NCBI GenBank assembly: GCA_963818475.1 | Contig: CAWFSF010000002.1 | Span: 128,001-192,000 of the forward strand | Source of the DNA: Nitrospirota bacterium | Lineage (GTDB): Bacteria; Nitrospirota; UBA9217 | DNA length: 64,000 bases | Reading direction: 5' to 3' | Part shown: piece after piece, positions 32,461-41,079 of the stretch | Layout: each line of letters opens with the position of its first letter | Position numbering within the stretch: position 1 is the first letter of the stretch | The notes under the pieces: model-generated | Seen by the model: the letters and a program-made list of their open reading frames with translations, nothing else | Databases searched by the model: none | What the model was told of the DNA's origin: nothing | Made by a program: the position numbers and the translations under genes

Positions 32461-33861
32461 TTATAAATATTTCTTAAAGTGTTCCAACTTGTCCTTGTAA
32501 GGAGGATAGCGCAGTTTAATATCAGCCAAGAAAGGTTTCCTCATCACCCCTTTTAAATTAGAAAAAGTATCAAAACTGAACCTGCCATGATATTTGCCGA
32601 TTCCGCTGTCACCTACGCCACCAAAAGGGAGGGTATAGTTTAGTTGATGAACAAAGGTTTCATTGATACAAGCACCTCCTGATGTGGTCTCTTTTAAAAC
32701 TTTTTCCTGTTTACTTTTGCTTCTCGAGAAAAAAAATAGGGCGAGTGGCTTTGGCCGTCCATTGACAATTGAAATAGCCTCTTCCAAATCTTGGTACTCA
32801 AGTACCGGGAGGATAGGGCCAAATATTTCTTCCTCCATAATCTTATGATCTAACGATACATTGTCGACGACTGTTGGAGCAATGTAACAATCATCTGCAT
32901 TTGTCTCACCGCCTATGATGATGTCTCCTCCGTGAAGCAGTTCTGCAAGACGATTAAAGTGTTTTTTATTTATAATTCGTGCATAATCAGAACTCTTAGA
33001 TGGATCGTTGCCATAAAATTCATTAATCCATTTTTTTATGCTTTCTAGCAGTATCTCTTTTATAGTTTTGTTAACTAACAGATAATCTGTCGTCATGCAG
33101 GTCTGACCGGCATTAAAAAACTTTCCCCACGCTATCCTTTTAGCTGTTTTCTCCACATGGACATCATTATCGACAATACACGGGTTCTTTCCGCCAAGTT
33201 CCAGGGTAACAGGTGTAAGGTGTTTTGCCGCAGCCTCCATAATTATTTTACCAACTCGAGTTCCCCCTGTGAAAAAAATGTAATCAAATTTCTCGGCGAG
33301 AAGAGATCGAGCAGTTTCTATACCCCCCTCGACGACAGAGATAAAATCGGGATCAAAATATTCTCTGATTATCGTTGCAATGACGCTGGACGAATGAGGG
33401 GCTATCTCGGAAGGTTTTAAAACAGAACAATTTCCGGCCGCGACCGCCCCCACGAGAGGGTTGAGGGTAAGTTGAAATGGATAATTCCATGGCCCCATGA
33501 TTAATACAACTCCATAGGGTTCTGAATAAATATAACTTGTGGCTAAAAAGTGTTGCGCTACACCGTAAAAATGAGAATGTCTTAATGGGGTTTTTACTTT
33601 TTTGGGTTTTGACCATGACTTTATATTCGTTACTGCATAATCGATTTCGTTTAAAATCATACCTCGTTCGCTCGTGTAAGCTTCAAGCGGAGGTTTGTTC
33701 ATATCTGACTTACACGCTCTTAAGATAGCTTCTGTATTTTCTGAAATTGCTTTCTTTAAAATATTCAGTTGATGGATACGAAAAGAAACGTCTCTGGTCT
33801 TGCCAGAAAAAAATAATTTCCTTTGATTTCGAATAATTTCAGTATATGTAGATTTAGGCAT
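32461..33861 (-). CDS. Aldehyde dehydrogenase (ALDH3-like), AT-rich cassette gene
   Basis: PWNYP, LKPSE, FFTGG, LELGGK, NAGQTC, EEIFGP, PFGGVGDSG. Confidence 0.96.
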   Translation of the reverse strand: MPKSTYTEIIRNQRKLFFSGKTRDVSFRIHQLNILKKAISENTEAILRACKSDMNKPPLEAYTSERGMILNEIDYAVTNIKSWSKPKKVKTPLRHSHFYGVAQHFLATSYIYSEPYGVVLIMGPWNYPFQLTLNPLVGAVAAGNCSVLKPSEIAPHSSSVIATIIREYFDPDFISVVEGGIETARSLLAEKFDYIFFTGGTRVGKIIMEAAAKHLTPVTLELGGKNPCIVDNDVHVEKTAKRIAWGKFFNAGQTCMTTDYLLVNKTIKEILLESIKKWINEFYGNDPSKSSDYARIINKKHFNRLAELLHGGDIIIGGETNADDCYIAPTVVDNVSLDHKIMEEEIFGPILPVLEYQDLEEAISIVNGRPKPLALFFFSRSKSKQEKVLKETTSGGACINETFVHQLNYTLPFGGVGDSGIGKYHGRFSFDTFSNLKGVMRKPFLADIKLRYPPYKDKLEHFKKYL

Positions 33862-33955
33862 AGGTCTGCTCAGATGGATCTGTTTTACGTATCCGATCTA
33901 TTTAATAAGCATGCCGTTGCAGCGTGAACCTCTCCCATACCCTATCGTACGCCGC

Positions 33956-34495
33956 TCACTGACGGGATGCGGTGCCTTCCATGTCGTCCATGCTGGCGAG
34001 AATGAGTTTTTGCGTCACTGCCCGGCGCTCGCTTTCCGTCAGTGATTCTTCGATAAAGCGACGGGTGACGAGCGTGATGAGTGTGACCAGCTGTTCGGAC
34101 GCCTCGCTGGCCACCCTTTCTTTTTCGGTCTTGATGGCCTGTCTGGCCTGGTGAAGGATCGCGTTGGCCTCCTGTTCCACCTGGTCCAGGCCGGCCCGGC
34201 GCTCTTCCTGCGCGGCGGCCCTCGCTGCCTCGATGGTCCTCTGGGCTTCCGCGCGGGCCGCAGCGGCCAGTGCAGCGGACTGTTGTTGGGCTTTCGCATA
34301 CGCCGCATCCGCTTGATCGGCCTTTTCCACATCAGCGGCAATGCGCTTGCGCCTCTCTTTCAGACCGCGGCCCACGATCCGGGGAAGGAGAAACCGGATG
34401 ATGAGGACGAGCAGGAGAAATTGCACGATCTCGACCGTAAAAATCAATGGTTCCCCGGTAATCTGGTGGAGCACTTCTTGAATCAGTTCTTTCAT
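33956..34495 (-). CDS. atpF: ATP synthase b subunit
   Basis: N-terminal TM then LKERRKRIAAD and an Ala/Glu-rich coiled coil. Confidence 0.88.
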   Translation of the reverse strand: MKELIQEVLHQITGEPLIFTVEIVQFLLLVLIIRFLLPRIVGRGLKERRKRIAADVEKADQADAAYAKAQQQSAALAAAARAEAQRTIEAARAAAQEERRAGLDQVEQEANAILHQARQAIKTEKERVASEASEQLVTLITLVTRRFIEESLTESERRAVTQKLILASMDDMEGTASRQ

Positions 34496-34998
34496 GGCTG
34501 CTTTGCCGCTCCTCTGGCCGTCAGAACCCGGTTGACCACCAGCCGGAGAGCCTCCTCATCCACAGTGGTGATCATCTTGACCAGTGTCTGCTTGCTGCAC
34601 GTCAGGAGATGCTCTTTCAATCGGGCCTGTTCTGTTCCCTTGAGACGCGCCACCTCTGCCCGTCCGCTGGCAAGGATTTTTTCCGCCTCGGTGACGGCCA
34701 GAGCGCGCTTTGATTCCCGTATTCCGGCGAGCTCTTTTCTGATGTCCTCGGAAAAGCGCTCTGCCACTTCGCCTGCTTCGGCAGCGATCCTCGCAGCTTC
34801 TTCCCGCGCCTGCTCGATCAATACGTCGGCTTCCTGATACCGCGCGCGCGAGCTCTCCAGCTTGCCGGCTCTCTTTTCCATCACGTCGATCAGTGGCGTG
34901 AAGAACACTTTTTTCAGGATAAAGAAGGTCACCAGAAAGATGGCCGCTATCGCCGCCATGGTAATCGGATTCAGTTGCTCCAAAGGATTGAGATTCAT
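34492..34998 (-). CDS. ATP synthase b' subunit
   Basis: N-terminal TM, FFTPLIDVMEKR, coiled coil; second b-type gene. Confidence 0.85.
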   Translation of the reverse strand: MNLNPLEQLNPITMAAIAAIFLVTFFILKKVFFTPLIDVMEKRAGKLESSRARYQEADVLIEQAREEAARIAAEAGEVAERFSEDIRKELAGIRESKRALAVTEAEKILASGRAEVARLKGTEQARLKEHLLTCSKQTLVKMITTVDEEALRLVVNRVLTARGAAKQP

Positions 34999-35025
34999 AT
35001 ACTGACTCCTTCGGTCCCGGGCAGA

Positions 35026-35253
35026 TTAGATCTTTGCCGCCACCATCAGCGCGATGACCAGGCAGTAGATCACCAGTGCTTCGACCAGCGCCATAGCGAC
35101 AAGCATGGCGGTAAAAAGCTGTGGAGCAATTTCCGGCTGCCTGGTCATGCCCTCGATGGCCGCATGAGATATTTTTCTCATGGCAAAAGCAGCGGCGATG
35201 GCTACTGGTACGATGGTCAGTGTTGGGATGAACACCAAGAAGATCGCTTGCAT
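35026..35253 (-). CDS. atpE: ATP synthase c subunit
   Basis: Helical hairpin with RQPE loop and ion-binding Glu in ALVEALVIY. Confidence 0.92.
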   Translation of the reverse strand: MQAIFLVFIPTLTIVPVAIAAAFAMRKISHAAIEGMTRQPEIAPQLFTAMLVAMALVEALVIYCLVIALMVAAKI

Positions 35254-35331
35254 TGATATTCCCCTTTCTGAAGCTCAGGTTCACTCCGTTCGAGAAGGCC
35301 TCCGGCTATGAGCGATGGAAAACTTTGTTCT

Positions 35332-36039
35332 TTAACGGACCGGCTCTGATGATGGTTGTTCGATTGACGAAACCCCTCGACGCTTTTCCTTTCGTGGTCG
35401 TTTCTCTTCGGTATGAATGGCCTCGGCAAGAAAATTCGTCGTCAGCAGCGTGAATACCAACGGCTGAATAAAGGCCGGTATTAACCCCAGAGCATGAATA
35501 ATCAGGGGTATCCCGTAGGGGGCCGCTTTGGCAACCAGCAGGGCGACCATGAATTCACCTCCGATATTGCCGAACAACCGCAGAGAGAGAGAAAGGGTAT
35601 GGCCGACCTCGGAAATGATCTGGAGTGGATTGGGCCAGAAGAGGTGTTTCATGGCTCCGGAAACGCCTTTGAATCTGGCGCTGATGATCGTGATTCCGAG
35701 AATGGCGATAAGGGCCAGTGTCAGCGTTCCGCTATAGTACGAGGTCGGAGGGATGTTGATGACGGGAAACGAGAGAACAGACAAAAGATTGCAGCATAAA
35801 ATGAACAGAAAGAGACTTGCAAGGAACGGCGCGATCACCGATACTCCGTCGGGGCGGATCTCCCGGGCCTGCCGCACAAACCACTCCAGGACATACTCAG
35901 CGACGTTCTGGATCGTATCGGGCACTTCCGCCAGTTTCCGCCGGGTCGCCACGAAGGCCAGCGCGATCAAGACCAGCGCCACCAGAGCGAAATTGAAGAT
36001 GACGATATAGGGCGTCAAGTGCCGCATGGTCTCAGACAT
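35332..36039 (-). CDS. atpB: ATP synthase a subunit
   Basis: IQNVAE, LFILCCNLL, LSLSLRLFGNI (essential Arg), IQPLVFTLL; start MSETM with SD GGAGG. Confidence 0.92.
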   Translation of the reverse strand: MSETMRHLTPYIVIFNFALVALVLIALAFVATRRKLAEVPDTIQNVAEYVLEWFVRQAREIRPDGVSVIAPFLASLFLFILCCNLLSVLSFPVINIPPTSYYSGTLTLALIAILGITIISARFKGVSGAMKHLFWPNPLQIISEVGHTLSLSLRLFGNIGGEFMVALLVAKAAPYGIPLIIHALGLIPAFIQPLVFTLLTTNFLAEAIHTEEKRPRKEKRRGVSSIEQPSSEPVR

Positions 36040-36060
36040 GGATCCGCCTCCGGCCCCCAA

Positions 36061-36270
36061 TTACCATTCTTTCTTAAGCCTCATCATGTCACGGACAGCA
36101 AAACTAAAGGCGACCAGGATGCCGGCTCCGGTAAGATATGGAAAGGTGGTGAGCCATTTGTCCAGACCATATCCGATGGCGCCACCGGCCGCAATGTAAC
36201 TGGGGATCAACGACCAAATGGCGACGATCTTAAGCAGCTTTGTCGAGATCAGACCCTTCATGGCTCGCAT
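36061..36270 (-). CDS. AtpZ/AtpI-family (ATPase gene 1) membrane protein
   Basis: GGAIGYGLDKWLTTFP motif upstream of atpB. Confidence 0.82.
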   Translation of the reverse strand: MRAMKGLISTKLLKIVAIWSLIPSYIAAGGAIGYGLDKWLTTFPYLTGAGILVAFSFAVRDMMRLKKEW

Positions 36271-36757
36271 GCTCCTTCTTTGCCGGCGTCAAAACCGAGA
36301 CCGGTTCTTTTTCCTCATTTTTATTTCTTTCCCCGATCGGCATGTTCTGCCAGATCTTCACGATGATGAGACCTCCGATGAGAGCGGCCAACGCATAGGC
36401 CACAAACGGCATCAGCGCCGAACTCGAAGCCTCATATGCCTGAGGGCTGCTGCCGGCCATGAAGCTTAAGTAAACGGCTAAGCCGGGCAGCGTCAGCATG
36501 CCCAGCAAGCGCGAGATCCGCGCCCTGTTCTGGAGTGAGGACAAGAACCCGATGGCAAGGGAGACGCCCGCGAGGAGCCCGAGCATACAGGGAAGGATGA
36601 ATGTCGACCATCCGAGGAAGATGGTCAAGGGAATCAGCAGGCCGAGCAGCGCCCCGAGAGTCAGCGACGTCCACAGCAGCTTCAGGAAGAAGGCCAGAAG
36701 ATATCGGTTCCGCGCTTTTTCTCTGGCTTCATCGTCGAAAAAAGTGGTGCCTTCCAT
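36230..36757 (-). CDS. Four-TM membrane protein heading the atp operon
   Basis: About four hydrophobic segments; overlaps the atpZ-like gene. Confidence 0.7.
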   Translation of the reverse strand: MEGTTFFDDEAREKARNRYLLAFFLKLLWTSLTLGALLGLLIPLTIFLGWSTFILPCMLGLLAGVSLAIGFLSSLQNRARISRLLGMLTLPGLAVYLSFMAGSSPQAYEASSSALMPFVAYALAALIGGLIIVKIWQNMPIGERNKNEEKEPVSVLTPAKKEHASHEGSDLDKAA

Positions 36758-36865
36758 TGTGCGCCTCAGGCCCGACTACTTTTTGACAAGCAAAAAACGC
36801 TTTCGATTATAGACACTCCGATATACTGTTTTACTGTGAACCTTGTTCATTTACTTTTTAATACA

Positions 36866-36894
36866 AGTATATCAATCGTCTTACGGTCGGTCAA
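36866..36894 (-). promoter_or_regulatory. sigma70-type promoter of the atp operon
   Basis: TTGACC-17-TATACT with extended TG. Confidence 0.65.
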
Positions 36895-37266
36895 TGCAAC
36901 GTTAGTCGTACTGCTCAGCGTGTTATGGAGCAAGGCCGCATTAGTGATTTTTTAACCGATGGAGGCGTTCGATGGTCTTGCCATTGGACTCGAGTGCATT
37001 GTAAGCAACGCCCGGTGATGGCATGGAACCCTGGCGCAGATGTCAAATCGCACCTGTTCCGTGATTGATTTTACGGAGAATATGGCTATAATCGATACCA
37101 GAGAGGTGAGGGACCGTGATCTGACCGTGTGGGGAGCATGATTTCGAAATGATCTGCACGGTCATCAACGACGCGGCGCGTGCATACCAAGGCGCGATCC
37201 CCGCGGATATCGTTTGCGTGTTCTTGCATCATCACTTCTTCTCATCGGTGAAGGGAGCGTACGGAC

Positions 37267-37587
37267 ATGACCGGCATACAGCGTATCCTGCAGGCAGTGA
37301 CTATGGCTATCAGCATTATGGGCGCGGCGATCGTAATCTGGGGCATTGCTGAGTCTGTCTACGCTTTTTTTGTGATGAAGATCACTCGGTCTCTTCTTAA
37401 AGACGCGATCCATGAGAGCGAGGCGATCCGGCAACGGTTGGGGGCGCATCTGCTGCTGGGGCTCGAAATCTTTATTGCCGCCAATATCATCAGTTCAGTT
37501 GCAAATCCCACGTGGGAACGCGTAGGCATCCTGGCATCTATTGTCGGCGTTCGTACGGTCCTGAGCTTTTTTTGCGGATGGAGATGA
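37267..37587 (+). CDS. DUF1622-family membrane protein (likely indel in T run near 37570)
   Basis: IRQRLGAHLLLGLEIFIAANII..PTW..LASIVGVRTVLSFF. Confidence 0.85.
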   Translation: MTGIQRILQAVTMAISIMGAAIVIWGIAESVYAFFVMKITRSLLKDAIHESEAIRQRLGAHLLLGLEIFIAANIISSVANPTWERVGILASIVGVRTVLSFFCGWR

Positions 37588-37669
37588 GAGCAGAGAGTCC
37601 GGCAGCACAACGACAGCAAAGAAGAAAACTCCTCAGGGTTATTGCTTACCTTTCTTCTCGATCACGCGC

Positions 37670-38587
37670 TTACTCCTTCAGCATCTCCTCGATCGTGATC
37701 TGCACCGATTCGCCAAGCGAAGGAAGATCGTATCCTCCTTCGAGCACAAAGACCATCGGGCAGGCAGAGGATCTCAGGATGCCCGAGACGATGCCGTGAA
37801 TCCCCTCGTGCGAGACCCGGATGTTCGCGTGGGGATCGTTGACATGGATGTCATAGCCGGCCGAGACCAGGACGAGGTCCGGGCCGAAGCGGCTGATGAC
37901 GCCGGGCAGGATGTCCTGGTACACGGCGAGGTATTCCTTATTCCCCGAGCCGGCCAGGATGGGGACGTTGTACGTGCAACCGAGGCCCTTGCCTGTGCCG
38001 CGCTCCCAGTCCTTGCCCGTTTCAGGATAGTAAGGATGCTGATGCGTGCTGAAGTAGAAGACCGAGTCGTCTTCCTCGAAGATGTGCTGCGTGCCGTTCC
38101 CGTGATGTGCGTCGAAGTCGATGATGAAGACCTTGTTGTAGCCCAGGGACCGGGCGTACCGGGCTCCGACGGCAACGTTGTTGAACAGGCAGAAACCCAT
38201 GGCCCGGTCGGCTTCGGCATGGTGACCGGGCGGCCGCACCAGACAGAAGGCGCGCTCGATCCCGCCTGACCTGCATTGTCCCACGGCTTCCATGACCGCG
38301 CCGGCAGCATGGACAGCGGCCTCGTAGCTGTCCTCGGAACAGTAAGTGTCGGGGTCGAGCTCTCCGGCATGGTGATGCATGATCCGTTCGATATGCGCGC
38401 GTGTGTGCACCATCGCGAGATCGTCGAGACCGGCCTTGCGCGGTTTAATCTGGATGAGCTTCGGCCAGAGACCCGATGCCTTGAGCGCGTTGATAATGCT
38501 GAGCAGCCGGGCCGGGGAATCGGGATGCCAGGCCGGCGGCTCATGGCGGAGGAATACCTCATCGAATACGAAGCCCACAGTACGCAT
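37670..38587 (-). CDS. Histone deacetylase-family Zn amidohydrolase
   Basis: RPPGHHA, GFCLFNN, DFDAHHGNGTQ, SAGYD, LEGGY; start MRTVGF. Confidence 0.95.
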   Translation of the reverse strand: MRTVGFVFDEVFLRHEPPAWHPDSPARLLSIINALKASGLWPKLIQIKPRKAGLDDLAMVHTRAHIERIMHHHAGELDPDTYCSEDSYEAAVHAAGAVMEAVGQCRSGGIERAFCLVRPPGHHAEADRAMGFCLFNNVAVGARYARSLGYNKVFIIDFDAHHGNGTQHIFEEDDSVFYFSTHQHPYYPETGKDWERGTGKGLGCTYNVPILAGSGNKEYLAVYQDILPGVISRFGPDLVLVSAGYDIHVNDPHANIRVSHEGIHGIVSGILRSSACPMVFVLEGGYDLPSLGESVQITIEEMLKE

Positions 38588-38870
38588 GGATGGATTATAC
38601 CCCACGATCAGGTTCGCTTCAAGAAGCAGGTTCTTCCCTGGGAATGGCATGAACGACGGTGTCAGGCAGCATCTGCCGTAACAGGCTCGGGAAAGCCGGA
38701 TGGGCATGATCGCATTCGGGCAGGACAATGAGGTGTTTGGGCAGATGCAAAGAGTTCGAGGATAGCGGTAGGAATGTTCAGTTCGATAGTGTTCCGATTC
38801 GGGGTTCCCTCATGGTACGACGTCGGCACGTCCTGCAACTCCGCCCTCTTCGTTTGATACCCCCGGGAGC

Positions 38871-39776
38871 CTATTCAGCGATCAAATAAACCTGGACGCG
38901 GTTATTATTACGGTCTGCCACAAGAAGTTCGCCCTTTTCATTGATACAGGCTTGCGCCGGATATCGCAGGAGCCCTTCTGCCCATCCCATGGCCAGCTGC
39001 CGCCCCTGGAACGAACCATCCTGACCGACGATGATAATGTCGCCTCCATTCTGGTCGATCAGATAGATGGTCCCTTTCTTGTCAGTCGTGATGTTCGTCG
39101 GGAAGTTAACGCTGTCTTTCAGGCTCGTTGTTAAGGGAGAAAATTTCTTTGAATCTTTTGATGCAGAATAGATAATAGATTCAACACTGTCGACCAATAA
39201 AACCGTTTCTTTAAAATCCACCGAAAGATCGGAGATAAACCCGTAGTGTTCCGGGAAAGCAATGGTTTTCAGAAATTTTCCTTCAGCATCCAGCACCACG
39301 ACATTCTTCGAGAAAATGTCCAGAATGTAGATAGTGCCATTACCGTCGATCTTAAAGCTCCGCGGGACAAGGGTCGTAGTACCAGGCAGCCCGGCCGGCT
39401 CCAGGTATCCCTGGAACTCTCCTGCAGGACTCAGGCGTACGATACGCCGTTGTTTTTCATCGAGGGCAAAGATATTTCCGCGGGCGCCGATCTGCACTCT
39501 CACCGGATACGTAAGCTGCGGCACCTTGATCTCCTGCAGGGCTTGCGCTGTTTTGCCCTGGAACGTGTAAAGCACGAGCCTGCCGTTCCCGGTGTCCGCG
39601 ACGACAAACAATGCGTCCTTGCTGCAAGCGACCCCTTCCGGCTGCTTGAGCTGCTTTTCCTGCACATCCCGATACACAGACACGATATGCCGCAATTTCA
39701 ACGCTGCAAAGCTGTGAGTGCTCAAAGCAGAGAGAACAAACAGCGTTGTCAGAACAATTCTTATGAACATTCTCAT
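38871..39776 (-). CDS. Exported NHL-repeat beta-propeller protein
   Basis: Signal peptide; QPEGVA..VADTGNGR, FPTNIT, YPAQA..VADRNNNRVQVY. Confidence 0.9.
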   Translation of the reverse strand: MRMFIRIVLTTLFVLSALSTHSFAALKLRHIVSVYRDVQEKQLKQPEGVACSKDALFVVADTGNGRLVLYTFQGKTAQALQEIKVPQLTYPVRVQIGARGNIFALDEKQRRIVRLSPAGEFQGYLEPAGLPGTTTLVPRSFKIDGNGTIYILDIFSKNVVVLDAEGKFLKTIAFPEHYGFISDLSVDFKETVLLVDSVESIIYSASKDSKKFSPLTTSLKDSVNFPTNITTDKKGTIYLIDQNGGDIIIVGQDGSFQGRQLAMGWAEGLLRYPAQACINEKGELLVADRNNNRVQVYLIAE

Positions 39777-39783
39777 GCGTGCG

Positions 39784-41079
39784 TTACCTCTTCATCTCTT
39801 GGTGGCATTGGACGCAAAGGTCCGTACCGAATTGAAAATGCATCAGGCGTTTCTGGTCCGACCCGTGAGACTTGTGGCAGCTCAGGCAATCCAGGGTGAG
39901 GTTTTTATTCCTCGGATCTGTCGCCTTTTCTCCTATCGGGTGTGACGAATGGTGCGTAAAGTCATGGCAGGTGCTGCAGAGATCAATGATCTTCGCCTCC
40001 TTCATCAGGAGGACATTATCGGATGCATGGGGAGAATGGCAGGTCGTGCACATCCCTTCCTGTACAGGATTGTGCTTGGAAAGTGCCTTTTCCTGCCTTG
40101 TGATCGTGTCCTTGTGGCAACTGCCACAGAGGCTCGTCATCGAGTCCTGTTTCAGGAGGGCCGCCCGCTTTGAGGCATGAGGGCTATGACAGTTCAGGCA
40201 GCCCCGATGATCGATCAGGGGCCAATGAATCCGGTTTTTGGACAATGCGGCATTGACCATTTCATAGTGGCATCCGCGGCAGAGCTCAAAACCGGTCTTC
40301 TTGGTCTTGAATGGCGTCGATGATGTCGGGTCTTCATGACACTGATTGCACATCTTGTTGGCGACCGGAACGTGAACGGTGTCATAAAGAAGGGCGCTTC
40401 TCATGGAACCGTGGGGATTATGGCACGAAGTGCAGTTGGAATCAGCAACAGGATAATTCTGATGGACCTTCACAAAGAACGGCTTGTCGGTCTGATGGCA
40501 GTCCTTGCAGAGACCAGGAACGTCCTTCTTGAGAAGATGGAGCGCCGTGGCCGACCCATGGGGATTGTGGCAATTCAAACATCCCGAGGTCACCGGCTTA
40601 TGCTTGCGTTTCGCCTTATCGAGGGAGTCACCCAGTTCCTTGTGGCAATCCAGGCAGAGTTTGTTGCCGGAAAGCTTAAGATTGAACTTGTTGGCCGCTG
40701 CATGGGGATCATGGCATTTGACGCAATTGCCCTCTGTAACGACCTTGTGGCTGCTCTTCGCCTTATCAGGGATCACCGACGCATGGCACGTGCTGCATAT
40801 CGCGCCGGTATCGGTCGCAAGAAGTTTGCCGTGTGAAGACGTATGCGGGCTGTGGCATCCGATACATTCTCCCTGCCTGAGCGGAGTATGCACAAATGTG
40901 TTTTTCAGCTTTTCGGAGAACGTCGAGTGACAGCCGAGGCAGATTTTACCCTCTGCTCCAGGCTTCAGCCTGAACTTGTTCTGCGCATCTGAGCGGTCAA
41001 CGGCGATCGTGAGAAAACAGGTGCTGATCAGCACGGTCAAACAGATCCAGAATTTCATATATGACATTATCCTTTTCAT
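39784..41079 (-). CDS. Multiheme cytochrome c, 16 CxxCH
   Basis: 16 CxxCH motifs counted, paired CxxCHxPH pattern; start overlaps the upstream stop (ATGA). Confidence 0.95.
   Translation of the reverse strand: MKRIMSYMKFWICLTVLISTCFLTIAVDRSDAQNKFRLKPGAEGKICLGCHSTFSEKLKNTFVHTPLRQGECIGCHSPHTSSHGKLLATDTGAICSTCHASVIPDKAKSSHKVVTEGNCVKCHDPHAAANKFNLKLSGNKLCLDCHKELGDSLDKAKRKHKPVTSGCLNCHNPHGSATALHLLKKDVPGLCKDCHQTDKPFFVKVHQNYPVADSNCTSCHNPHGSMRSALLYDTVHVPVANKMCNQCHEDPTSSTPFKTKKTGFELCRGCHYEMVNAALSKNRIHWPLIDHRGCLNCHSPHASKRAALLKQDSMTSLCGSCHKDTITRQEKALSKHNPVQEGMCTTCHSPHASDNVLLMKEAKIIDLCSTCHDFTHHSSHPIGEKATDPRNKNLTLDCLSCHKSHGSDQKRLMHFQFGTDLCVQCHQEMKR

Noticed and set aside
32377-33928. A complete integron
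   Set aside because: Only one attC-like site; no tyrosine recombinase or attI in the window.
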